Source of the DNA: Nannocystis pusilla
Lineage (GTDB): Bacteria; Myxococcota_A; Polyangia; Nannocystales; Nannocystaceae
Reading direction: 5' to 3' (one strand)
Assembly: GCF_051105105.1 (NCBI RefSeq)
Contig: NZ_CP185339.1
DNA length: 64,000 nt
Shown: positions 32,299 through 41,681 of the stretch, one piece after another
How positions within the stretch are numbered: the stretch's first letter is position 1
How the letters are laid out: each line of letters opens with the position of its first letter
Program-made: the position numbers and the translations under genes
The notes under the pieces: model-generated
What the model was told of the DNA's origin: nothing
Database searches by the model: none
Seen by the model: only the letters and a program-made list of their open reading frames with translations

Positions 32299-32424
32299 AA
32301 TCATCGCACTCGGAGGACCGATGACCCTCGTGATCGCATCACCCCTCGTCACCGGCGGCCCGGGCCTCTGCCTGAAATCATCGCACTCGGAGGACCGATG
32401 ACCCTCGTGATCGAATCACCCCTC
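32294..32424 (+). repeat. 77-bp-period direct duplication of the RBS/start region of the downstream SDR gene
   Basis: cctgaaatcatcgcactcggaggaccgATGaccctcgtgatcg(c/a)atcacccctcg occurs at 32294..32347 and 32371..32424. Confidence 0.85.
32321..32401 (+). CDS. 26-aa upstream ORF created by the duplication (MTLVIASPLVTGGPGLCLKSSHSEDR), stop overlapping the SDR start (ATGA)
   Basis: Same RBS (GGAGGA) and first 6 codons as the SDR gene. The stop TGA at 32399..32401 overlaps the ATG at 32398..32400. Confidence 0.3.
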   Translation: MTLVIASPLVTGGPGLCLKSSHSEDR

Positions 32425-33139
32425 GCGGACAAGATCGTGCTCGTCACCGGCGGCGGCTCGGGCCTCGGCGCCGAGATCGCCCGCACCCTCGCGGCCGCCG
32501 GCGCGCACGTGATCGCCGCCGACATCCAGACCGGCCCGCTCGCCCGCCTCGTCGCCGAGGTGCGCGACCTCGGCGGCCACATCGAGGCCGCCGAGCTCGA
32601 ACGTCCGCGACGCCGACGCCGGGCAGTCCTTGATCGACGCCATCGTCGCCCGCCACGGCCGGTTCGACGTCCTCGTCAACAACGCCGGCACCGACAAGAC
32701 CCTCGCCGTCGACGAGCTCAGCGTCGACGACATCGACCGCGTCCTCGCGGTCAACCTGCGCGGCCCGTTCGTCCTCAGCCGCGCCGCCTTCCCCCAGCTG
32801 CGCGCCCAGGGCGGCGGCTACATCGTCAACATCGTCTCGACCGCCGCCAAGCGGGCCTGGCAGAACGCCAGCGCCTACCACGCCAGCAAGTGGGGCCTCC
32901 TCGGCCTGTCGCACGCCCTGCACGTCGAGGGCCGCCCGTTCGGCATCAAGGTCACCGCCCTGCTGGCCGGCGGCATGCGCACCCCCTTCATCCTCGACCG
33001 CTTCCCCGACACCCCGATCACCAACCTTCAGGACCCGCGCAACGTCGCCGAGACCATCCGCTTCCTCCTCGCCATGCCCGGCGAGTCGGTCATCCCCGAG
33101 CTGATGGTCGTGCCGATGCGCGAGACGAGCTGGCCATGA
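32398..33139 (+). CDS. SDR-family oxidoreductase (LPS/sugar-modification cluster); +1 frameshift near 32598
   Basis: IVLVTGGGSGLGAEIAR. Second half in ORF 32630..33139 (VLVNNAGT, YHASKWGLLGL). The halves join when the extra A in ctcgaACGTC is removed. Confidence 0.7.
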
Positions 33140-33721
33140 CCCGCCTCCGCCCCGCCGCCTTCCTCGACAAGGACGGCACCCTCATCGACGACGTCCCCTA
33201 CAACGTCGACCCCGCCCACGTCCGCCTCACCCGCGGCGCCCGCGACGGCGCCTGGTCGCTGCGGGCCGCCGGCTACGCGCTCGTCGTCGTCACCAACCAG
33301 TCCGGCGTCGCCCGCGGCCTGTTCAGCGCCCACGACCTGCTCGGCGTCCAGGCCCGCGTCGAGGACCTGCTCGGCCTCGAGCTCGACGGCTTCTACTGGT
33401 GCCCGCACCTGCCCGCCGGCGTCGTCGCCGAGTACGCCGTCGTCTGCGGCTGCCGCAAGCCCGCGCCCGGCCTGCTCACCCGCGCCGCCGCCGAGCCTCG
33501 GCCTCGACCTGGCGCGCTCGTGGATGATCGGCGACATCGCCAGCGACGTCGAGGCCGGCCGCCGCGCCGGCTGCCGCACCGCCCTGCTCGCCGCCGCGCC
33601 GCCCCCGACGCTCCGCCCCGCGCCCACCCTCGTCGCCGCCGACCTCGCCGAGGCCGCCCGCCGGATCGTCGGCGACTCCCCCCGCAGCGACCACGACGAG
33701 CACCCCGCGCCCCTCGCCTGA
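33136..33721 (+). CDS. gmhB: D-glycero-beta-D-manno-heptose-1,7-bisphosphate 7-phosphatase (GmhB, HAD family); +1 frameshift near 33497
   Basis: AAFLDKDGTLIDD (HAD motif I), VVVTNQSGVARG, CPHLPAGVVAEYAVVCGCRKP (Zn-binding Cys cluster). Continues in ORF 33524..33721 (MIGDIASDVEAGRRAG). Junction at gagCctc. Start overlaps the SDR stop (ATGA). Confidence 0.7.
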
Positions 33722-33768
33722 GCGCCCGCGATGTCCCCCCGACGCCCACGATCGCCGGACCGTTCAGA

Positions 33769-33834
33769 CATGTCCTTTTCGACATGTCTAAAAAACAACG
33801 TCCGAACGGACATGTTCTCGGCGGCATGTTTTAA
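33769..33834. promoter_or_regulatory. motif cluster upstream of hldE (copy C): CATGTCC-N7-CATGTCT, GGACATGTTC and CATGTTTTAA
   Basis: cagaCATGTCCttttcgaCATGTCtaaaaaacaacgtccgaacGGACATGTTctcggcggCATGTTTTAAaag. Ends 28 bp before the hldE ATG. Confidence 0.45.
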
Positions 33835-33861
33835 AAGACACCTTCACCCGGAGCGCCCGCG

Positions 33862-35325
33862 ATGACTCACGTCCTGCTCCCCGTGCTCGACGCCTTCGCC
33901 GACCTGCGGACCCTCGTGATCGGCGAGGCCATGCTCGACGCCTACCTCGACGGCCACAGCGAGCGGCTGTGCCGCGAGGCCCCGGTGCCCGTCGTCGACG
34001 TCGACGCGCGCCGCAACGTCCCCGGCGGCGGCGCCAACACGGCCGTCAACGCGGCCGCGCTCGGGGCCCGGGTCACCTTCCTCTCCGTCGTCGGCGGCGA
34101 CGACGAGGCCGACCGTCTGGCCCGCGCCCTGGCCGCCCTCGGCGTGCCCGCCCACGGCCTCGTGCGCGCCGGCGGGCGCCGCACGCTCGTCAAGCAGCGC
34201 GTCCTCGCCGGCGGCCAGATCCTCCTGCGCCTCGACGCCGGCAGCCGCGACGACCTCGACCCCGTCACCGAGGCGCGCCTGTGCGAGCGCCTGCGGGCCG
34301 CCTGGGGCGACGTCGACGCGGTCATCGTCTCCGACTACGGCTACGGCGTCCTCACGGGCGGCGTGATCGACGAGATCGCCGCGCTGCAGGCCGCCCACCC
34401 GCGCGTGCTCGTGGCCGACGCCAAGGACCTGCGCCGGCTCGCGCGCGCCCGGCCCACCGCCGTCAAGCCCAACTACTGCGAGGCCGCGCGCCTGCTCGGC
34501 CTCAGCAACGGCCACGGCGACGGCCGCGTCGAGCAGATCGCCGCCCACGAGGCCGAGTTCCTGCAGATCACCGGCGCGCGGATCGCCGCCGTCACCCTCG
34601 ACTGCGCCGGCGCCCTGGTCTTCGAGACAGGTCAGCCCGCCTACCGCACCTACGCCCGGCCCTCGTCCGACGCCAACGCCACCGGCGCCGGCGACACCTT
34701 CGTCGGCGCCCTCGCCCTCGCCCTCGCCGCCGGCGCCCCGACCCACGCCTGCGCCGACCTGGCCTCCAGCGCCGCCAGCCTGGTGGTCGCGCGCGACGGC
34801 ACCACCGCCTGCAGCGCCGCCGAGCTGCGGGTCCACCTGGCCTCGCAGGACAAGCTGCTCGGCCACGACGACCTCGCCCTGCTCGCCGACTGCCTGCACC
34901 GCGCCGGCAAGCGGCTCGTGTTCACCAACGGCTGCTTCGACATCCTCCACCGCGGCCACATCACCTGCCTCAGCCGCGCCAAGGCGCTCGGCGACGTCCT
35001 GATCGTCGGCCTCAACGCCGACGCCAGCGTCCGCCGGCTCAAGGGCGCCGCCCGCCCGATCAACTGCGCCGCCGATCGGGCCCAGGTGCTGGCCGCCCTC
35101 TCGTGCGTCGACCACATCGTCGAGTTCGCCGACGACACCCCGACCCGCCTCATCGAGCTCGCGCGGCCCGACGTCTACGTCAAGGGCGGCGACTACAGCC
35201 TCGACAAGCTGCCCGAGGCCCCGCTCGTGTCGCGCCTCGGCGGCGAGGTCTGCTTCATGCCGTACCTCGACGACTTCAGCACCACCGGGCTTTTGGCCCG
35301 GCTCGGCGAACGGGGCCCGGGATGA
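33862..35325 (+). CDS. hldE: bifunctional D-beta-D-heptose 7-phosphate kinase / D-beta-D-heptose 1-phosphate adenylyltransferase
   Basis: N-terminal ribokinase-like domain (VLVIGEAMLDAY, ATGAGDTFVGAL). C-terminal cytidylyltransferase domain (LVFTNGCFDILHRGHITCLSRAKALGDVLIVGLN). Confidence 0.85.
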   Translation: MTHVLLPVLDAFADLRTLVIGEAMLDAYLDGHSERLCREAPVPVVDVDARRNVPGGGANTAVNAAALGARVTFLSVVGGDDEADRLARALAALGVPAHGLVRAGGRRTLVKQRVLAGGQILLRLDAGSRDDLDPVTEARLCERLRAAWGDVDAVIVSDYGYGVLTGGVIDEIAALQAAHPRVLVADAKDLRRLARARPTAVKPNYCEAARLLGLSNGHGDGRVEQIAAHEAEFLQITGARIAAVTLDCAGALVFETGQPAYRTYARPSSDANATGAGDTFVGALALALAAGAPTHACADLASSAASLVVARDGTTACSAAELRVHLASQDKLLGHDDLALLADCLHRAGKRLVFTNGCFDILHRGHITCLSRAKALGDVLIVGLNADASVRRLKGAARPINCAADRAQVLAALSCVDHIVEFADDTPTRLIELARPDVYVKGGDYSLDKLPEAPLVSRLGGEVCFMPYLDDFSTTGLLARLGERGPG

Positions 35326-36425
35326 GCTGGTCGTCCGCCCGCCGCGTCCTCGGCGTCCGCCTCGACACCGTCGGCGACGTGCTCATGACCACCCCGGCCC
35401 TGCGCGCGCTCAAGGAGGGCCACCCGCAGCGCCACCTCACCCTTCTCACCTCGAGCCCCGGCGCCGTCGCCGGCCGCCTCGTGCCCGAGATCGACGACGT
35501 CTGGACCTACGACGCCGCCTGGCTCAAGGCCAGCCCCGCGCGCCGCGACGCCAGCCTCGACCGCGGCGTGATCGACCGCCTCCGCGCCGCCCGCTTCGAC
35601 GCCGCCGTCGTCTTCACCGTCTACAGCCAGAACCCGCTGCCCGCCGCCCTCCTCACCTACCTCGCCGACATCCCGCTGCGCCTGGCCCACTGCCGCGAGA
35701 ACCCCTATCAGCTCCTCACCGACTGGGTCCCCGAGACCGAGCCCGAGCGCGGCGTGCGGCACGAGGTCACCCGCCAGCTCGACCTCGTCGCCGCCGTCGG
35801 CCTGCGCCCCTCGCATCACCGCCTGTCTCTCCGGCCATGTCCTGAAGACCACCTCGCAGCCGAGGCCGAGCTCCGCCGCCTGTCCCTCGGCCGGCGCTGG
35901 GCCGTCGTCCACCCCGGCGCCACCGCCAGCTCGCGCCGCTACCCGCCCGCCGCCTTCGCCGTGGTCGCCCGCGCCCTCGTGCGCGACCACGGCGTGGGCC
36001 TCGTGTTCACCGGCGCTGGCGACGAGGTCTCCCTGGTCGAGCAGATCCGCGGCGCCGCCGGCGTCCCCACCCACTCGCTCGCCGGCCGCCTCTCGCTCGG
36101 CGCCCTCGCGGCCGTGATCGGCCGCGCCGGCCTGCTCATCAGCAACAACACCGGCCCCGCCCACGTCGCCGCCGCCATGGGCACCCCCGTCGTCGACCTC
36201 TACGCCCTCACCAACCCGCAGCACACCCCCTGGGCCGTCCCCGCGCGGGTCCTGAGCCACCCGGTCCCGTGCGCCCCCTGCTACCGCTCGACCTGTCCCG
36301 AAGGCCATCACCTGTGCCTGCGCGGCGTCGCCCCGGCCGCGGTCGTCGCCGCCGCCCTCGAGCTGCTGCGCCCCGGCGCCCGCGAAGCCTCCACCGCCGC
36401 GCCGGTCCCCCTCGTCCTCTCGTGA
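35322..36425 (+). CDS. GT9 ADP-heptose:LPS heptosyltransferase (WaaF/WaaC-like)
   Basis: VLGVRLDTVGDVLMTTPALRALKEG, AVVHPGATASSRRYP, ISNNTGPAHVAAAMGTPVVDLY. Start overlaps hldE stop (ATGA). Confidence 0.8.
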   Translation: MSWSSARRVLGVRLDTVGDVLMTTPALRALKEGHPQRHLTLLTSSPGAVAGRLVPEIDDVWTYDAAWLKASPARRDASLDRGVIDRLRAARFDAAVVFTVYSQNPLPAALLTYLADIPLRLAHCRENPYQLLTDWVPETEPERGVRHEVTRQLDLVAAVGLRPSHHRLSLRPCPEDHLAAEAELRRLSLGRRWAVVHPGATASSRRYPPAAFAVVARALVRDHGVGLVFTGAGDEVSLVEQIRGAAGVPTHSLAGRLSLGALAAVIGRAGLLISNNTGPAHVAAAMGTPVVDLYALTNPQHTPWAVPARVLSHPVPCAPCYRSTCPEGHHLCLRGVAPAAVVAAALELLRPGAREASTAAPVPLVLS

Positions 36426-36696
36426 CGCATCGCCCAGGCCCCCGACCGCTCCGAATCGCCCTCCACAATCTCATGAGCACGCCCCCCGCTGTCGCTTGCG
36501 ACCTCGCAATGTCATGAGTCCACCCGCTCACATCGCCGCCCCGAGCCACCGAGCCCGCCGCTCCCCAAGCCACGAGTCAGCTCGCTCTCCGCGGCTCAAC
36601 ACGGTGCCCTGCGTTCGCCCGAGCGACCATCTCCCCCTGCTCACCGCTCCCCGTCACCCATCCCGCGCAATGCCATGACCTGCCCGACGTGAGCCC

Positions 36697-37885
36697 ATGC
36701 CTCCACGCAACGACCTGCTCCCCGACGTCGCCCCGCTCGCCCTCGATCCCCGGCCGCGGCTCGGCCGCGACTACTCGCGGGTCGCCGCGCCGGGCCCCGC
36801 CGCGTCTCTCGATCGCGCGCGTCCCCTCGACTGGTCGCGCGTGCGGCGGATCCTCGTCGTCCGGCTCGACAACCTCGGCGACGTCATCCTCACCGGCCCG
36901 GCCCTGCGCGCGCTCAAGGCTCATCTCCCGCACCTCCACCTCACCCTGCTCGCCAGCCCCGGCGGCGCCGCGGCGGCCGCCCTGCTGCCGTGGGTCGACG
37001 ACGTTCGAGCCCTGCCGCGCCCTGTGGCAGGACCTGGGCCGCCTCGCCTTCGATCCTGCGCGCGAGCGCGAGCTCATCGCCACCCTGCGGCGCGGCGAGT
37101 ACGACCTCGCCCTCATCCTCACCAGCTTCAGCCAGACCCCGCACCCGGCCGCCCTCGCCTGCGCCCTGGCCGGCATCCCGATGCGGGTCGGCGAGTCGCG
37201 CGAGCGCGGGCGGGCCCTCACCCTCGCCCTGCCGCACGCCGACGACGGTCTCCACCAGTGCGAGCGCAACCTCCAGCTCGTCGAGCGCCTCGGCGTGCCG
37301 GTCGTCGATCGCCGGCTCGAGATCCGGCTCCCGCGACCGGCCTGGAGCGCCGCCCAGGCCCGCCTGGCCGCCCACGGCGTCGCCGGCGACTACCTCGTGT
37401 GGAACCCCTTCGCCAGCTGCGCCGCGCGCACCTACGACCCCCTGCGCCACGCCCTCGCCGCCCGCGCCCTGGCCGAGTACGCCGACCTGCGCCTCGTCGT
37501 CTGCGGCGCCGCCCGCGACCGCGAGCGCGCCCGCGAGCTCCTCCCGCTGCTCGGCCCGCGCGGCCTCGACCTGGTCGGAGAGACAGATCTACCCGAGTTC
37601 GCCGCCCTCCTCGCCGGCGCCCGCCTCGTCCTCACCAACAACACCGCCGCCCTCCACCTCGCCGACGCCCTCGCGGTGCCCCAGCTCGTCACCTACGCCG
37701 GCACCGACCGCGACAGCCAGTGGAGGCCCCGCACCTCGCCCCACCGCCTGCTGCGCCGCCCCACCGCCTGCACTCCTTGCTATCGCTTCGCCTGCCCGAC
37801 CGGCCACGAGTGCCTCGCCCTGGCCCCCGCCGAGGTCCTCGCCGCCGGCCTCTCGCTGCTCGCCGAGACCGCCGTGCGCACCTGA
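36697..37885 (+). CDS. GT9 heptosyltransferase-family glycosyltransferase; +1 frameshift at about 37003
   Basis: ILVVRLDNLGDVILTGPALRALKAHLP in ORF 36697. Remainder (YLVWNPFASCAARTYDP, LTNNTAALHLADALAVPQLVTY) in ORF 36689..37885. The two join when the extra T in gacgTtcgag (reverse complement ctcgaACGTC) is removed. Confidence 0.7.
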
Positions 37886-37999
37886 AGCCCGGTCCACCTG
37901 CGGCGTGCGCGAGAGCTGAGAGCGAGCCGCAGCGTCGCCGCGACGGCAGGCCGCTGACCTGCCGCGCGTCCGACCGAGCTCGCTACGAGCGCGGCGCCG

Positions 38000-38542
38000 C
38001 TACGGCGCGGGGCACATGCCCTTGTCGTTGTACCCGTTGTAAAACAGCCCGCGGCAACGTCCGCAGTAGCGCCATTGCCCCTGGCCGATCGAGCTATTGC
38101 CGCCTTGATGGTCATTCGGCAGGTAGAACACCCAACCGACGGGGGAGTGCTCCCCGCCTGCGGGACATACCGAGCCGAGGCTCTGATTGCCTGGTGCCCA
38201 GAACAGGCCGTGGCACTTGCCGCAGAACCGCCAGTCTCGTTGGCCCGTGCTGTCGGTCGCGCCCATCTGATCGTTCGGGAGATAGAAGTTCAACCCCTGG
38301 AGAGCGTGTTCCCCTCCGGACGGGCATACGGTGCCGACTGTCTCCCCATTTTGCGCATAGAACATCCCGAAGCACTTGCGGCAGAACCGCCAGTCCTCCT
38401 GGCCGGGGAGCGCGGGGGCCCCCGCGGCGTCATTGGGGATGAAGAACTCCCAGCCCGCGGCGACGTGCCCGCCGACTCTGGAATGTTGGCACCCGTCGCG
38501 CCGATCGGCGAAAGGCGCGCCGTTCGAATGGTCTTTCGTCAT
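38000..38542 (-). CDS. small Cys-rich protein with three ~49-aa tandem repeats of unknown function
   Basis: Repeat pattern Q.DWRFC.KC.G(L/M)F.......G.VCP.GGEH...G..FYLPND occurs three times (WRFCRKCFGMFY, WRFCGKCHGLFW, WRYCGRCRGLFY). Each repeat carries C-x2-C...C-x4-H, suggesting a metal-binding knuckle. Good GC3. No signal peptide. Confidence 0.55.
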   Translation of the reverse strand: MTKDHSNGAPFADRRDGCQHSRVGGHVAAGWEFFIPNDAAGAPALPGQEDWRFCRKCFGMFYAQNGETVGTVCPSGGEHALQGLNFYLPNDQMGATDSTGQRDWRFCGKCHGLFWAPGNQSLGSVCPAGGEHSPVGWVFYLPNDHQGGNSSIGQGQWRYCGRCRGLFYNGYNDKGMCPAP

Positions 38543-39139
38543 GGTCTCCTCCGATTCCAGGAAACGATGCCTCGAGACGGACCCCCGGCCGGCCGAATCG
38601 TGGTGCCGACCACAGCAGCGCCACGAAATCGCTCGCCCCGCGGAAGACATCGCGCTTTGTCGCCACGACACGGCGGAGCCTTCTCGGTCGGAGCGCAGCA
38701 GCGAACCTCGGAGCGCGCGAGGAGCACGCAGGGCCCGGCCCGGGCGCCGAGGACGACGCACGAGCGCTCCCGCAGCGCCGGTCTTACGGCCTCGCGCCGC
38801 CGCCCCGGACCGATTTCGCGCCCTTCCTGGGCCGGCCGCGCCACGGGGTCCCGCCTGCGAGCACCCGGACTCGCATCATTCGCAAATCTCGAGTCTGCTG
38901 CAGCAGCCTGAAGTATCGACGCCCCGAGCTGCGGCTGAGACCGTCCCACGGCCCGCGGCGCACCGATCGATCCGGCCGCCGCGCACCGTGCGCGATCGCC
39001 TGAGACCCGGCATCGAGCGCAAACGGGACCCCCAGCAGAGCGGCCCGCACACCCCTCTACGCCCCATCCCCTGCGATTAGTGGGAACCGCCGCGCAGGCA
39101 ACTGCCAACAAAATCTCCCCCGAGGAGGGAACACTCGCC

Positions 39140-39325
39140 ATGCATCTCGAACGAGTCGAAACCCGATCGGAACAGAGCCACGGCACCGCCGTGGAGCCGT
39201 GGAGCAACCTCGACGAGGACGACTTTCTCCTCGCGGCCGAGGCCAGCCTCGAAGCGCTGTACGAAGGTGAGGACGAGGAGGAGCTGTCCCCGGACGACAT
39301 CGAGGAATTGCCCGAAGATCCGTAG
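39140..39325 (+). CDS. small acidic hypothetical protein
   Basis: MHLERVETRSEQSHGTAVEPWSNLDEDDFLLAAEASLEALYEGEDEEELSPDDIEELPEDP. Short and compositionally biased; may be spurious. Confidence 0.25.
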   Translation: MHLERVETRSEQSHGTAVEPWSNLDEDDFLLAAEASLEALYEGEDEEELSPDDIEELPEDP

Positions 39326-39641
39326 GCCGATCTTGCCGTCCGGTCCGACATCCGGGACCCGCCGCTCTACATAATCTCTACATCACCCAGACTTGCTCAC
39401 CGCCGGGCACCGCGCAGACCGCTGATACCCATCATGGCCCTCGCCCCGAGGAGTGATTGCCACCCGGACTGACGCCCGCGCCATGGCTCGGAGCCTCGCC
39501 TCGGCGCCTGCCTGACGCAGCGCGCCGCGGGACGCCCGGCGCCTCGGCGCCTGCCTGATGCAGCTCCCCGCGCGACGCCCGGCCGGGACTCTCACAGCGG
39601 CTCCGCCGTCCCGCCCCGTCCTGCGGCATCATGGCGCTGCC

Positions 39642-40454
39642 ATGCGGTTCGGTCCCGGACAGTTTTTCGGCCGCTTCGAGCGACGGCGTACGGCTCACGG
39701 CCTGGCGCTCGCCGATCTGCGGCCGACCGTGCCCGAGCACGAGGTTCACCGGCACACCCACGAGGACGCCCACTTTCTGCTCTTGCTCGCCGGTCGCTAT
39801 CTCAGCAGCGCGCGCGGCATGCCGGCCGTCTGCGAGCACCCCGCGCTCGTCCTCAACCCGCCGGGCACCACCCACCAGGATCGCTTTCGCGGCCTCGACG
39901 GCCGCTTCTTCACCCTGTCCATCCCGGTCGCGGCCTGGCGAACCGCCGCCAACACCTGCCCGCTCCCCGACCACCCCGTGCGGCTGGGGACGGCGGCCCT
40001 GCTCGCGGGCTATCGCCTGTGCCACGAATTGCCGCGCTGGGACGATGCCTCGGCGCTCGTCGTCGAGTCCGAATATCACCTGCTCCTCGGCGAGGCCGCG
40101 CTCGACGCCCGCGAGCGGCGCTCGTCCGGACCGCCCTGGCTGGCTCGCGCGCGCGAGCAGCTGCACGACACCGGCGCCGCCACTCCGCGCCTGGCCGAGC
40201 TCGCCGCTGCCGCCGACGTCCACCCCGTGCACTTCTCGCGCGCCTTCCGGGCCCGCTACGGCCGCTCCCCCGGCGAGTACCTGCGCCACTGTCGCCTCGA
40301 GCGCGCCAGCGCCATGCTGCGGGACCTCCGCAACTCCCTCGCCGACATCGCGGCCCAGTGCGGCTACGTCGATCAGAGTCACTTCAGCCGCGCCTTTCAC
40401 CGCGCCTATCGGCTCACGCCCGCCGCCTTCCGCCGGCTCGTGCGGCCGGCCTGA
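39642..40454 (+). CDS. AraC-family transcriptional regulator
   Basis: C-terminal double HTH ([43 protein letters not shown]...[30 protein letters not shown]). Confidence 0.8.
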   Translation: MRFGPGQFFGRFERRRTAHGLALADLRPTVPEHEVHRHTHEDAHFLLLLAGRYLSSARGMPAVCEHPALVLNPPGTTHQDRFRGLDGRFFTLSIPVAAWRTAANTCPLPDHPVRLGTAALLAGYRLCHELPRWDDASALVVESEYHLLLGEAALDARERRSSGPPWLARAREQLHDTGAATPRLAELAAAADVHPVHFSRAFRARYGRSPGEYLRHCRLERASAMLRDLRNSLADIAAQCGYVDQSHFSRAFHRAYRLTPAAFRRLVRPA

Positions 40455-40521
40455 CACGTTCACTGCGTACAAGACCGGGCCCCGCCGCGCGGTTAGCCTC
40501 GCGCCCTCTCGAGACGGCCCG

Positions 40522-41613
40522 ATGCCCGCCTTCAAGCTGTTCGCCGCCTGCCCCCTCGCCCTGCTGCTCCTCGTCGACGCCACCGCGGCGTCTTGCACCG
40601 CCGACGCTCCGGCCCCGCTCGCCTCGCCTCCGCCGCCGCGCCTCGAGGACGCCACGAGCGCCGTCGAGGCCGGCGAATTCGGCCACATCACCAGCGTCCT
40701 GGTCGCGCGCGACGGCCAGCTACTCTACGAGCATTACTTCGACGACGGCGGACGCGAGGCCGCGCGCAACACCCGGTCCGCCACCAAGACCCTCGCCGGC
40801 ATCCTGGTCGGCCAGGCCATCGCCGACGGCAAGCTGCCCGGTCCGCAAGCCCCGATCCTCGATTATCTCGCGTCATACGGCCCGCCCGAGCACCCCGATC
40901 CGCGCAAGGCGGAGATCACCGTCGAGGACCTGCTGACGATGTCGTCGCTGCTCGAATGTCACGACGAGAACCAGTTCTCGCGCGGCCATGAGGAGCGCAT
41001 GTACCTCGTCGAGGATTGGGTCAAGTTCTACCTCGACCTGCCGATCCAGGGCTTCCCGGCCTGGATGCCGAAGCCGGCCGATTCACCGTACGGCCGCAGC
41101 TTCCGCTATTGCACCGCCGGCGTGACCACGCTCGGCGCGGTGCTGCAGGCCGCGACCGGCGAGCGCCTCGACGCCTACGCCCAGCGCCGGCTGCTCACGC
41201 CGCTCGGCATCGCCGCTCCCAAATGGCAATACTCGCCGCTGGGTCTGCCGCAGGCCGGCGGCGGGCTCGGCCTGCGCAGCCGCGACCTGCTGGCGCTCGG
41301 CCAGCTCTACCTCGACGGCGGCCGCCATGCCGGCCAGCAGCTCGTGCCCGCCGAGTGGGTCGCGCGCTCCGTGCAGCCGCACGCCCGCGTCGACGAGGGC
41401 GTCGAGTACGGCTACCTGTGGTGGCTGATGCAGTTCCCGGTCGGCGACCAGATCTGGCACTCGTGGGCGATGAACGGCAGCGGCGGCAACACCGTGCAGG
41501 TGTTTCCGGCCCAGCGAGTCGTCGTGGTCATCACCACCACCAACTTCGACCGCCCCCAGCCGCATCGCCTCACCGCCAAGCTGCTGACCGACAAGCTCCT
41601 CCCGGCCCTGTGA
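40522..41613 (+). CDS. secreted serine hydrolase, beta-lactamase/transpeptidase-like fold
   Basis: Signal peptide ([24 protein letters not shown]). S-x-x-K motif (RSATKTLAG). YGYLWW and [19 protein letters not shown] typical of class-C beta-lactamase-like proteins. Confidence 0.75.
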   Translation: MPAFKLFAACPLALLLLVDATAASCTADAPAPLASPPPPRLEDATSAVEAGEFGHITSVLVARDGQLLYEHYFDDGGREAARNTRSATKTLAGILVGQAIADGKLPGPQAPILDYLASYGPPEHPDPRKAEITVEDLLTMSSLLECHDENQFSRGHEERMYLVEDWVKFYLDLPIQGFPAWMPKPADSPYGRSFRYCTAGVTTLGAVLQAATGERLDAYAQRRLLTPLGIAAPKWQYSPLGLPQAGGGLGLRSRDLLALGQLYLDGGRHAGQQLVPAEWVARSVQPHARVDEGVEYGYLWWLMQFPVGDQIWHSWAMNGSGGNTVQVFPAQRVVVVITTTNFDRPQPHRLTAKLLTDKLLPAL

Positions 41614-41681
41614 GCGGCGACGAAGCGAGGGACGCATCGCCGGCAGGCGACGCGCCCCTCTCGCGCCCGCAGCTCGCCGGC

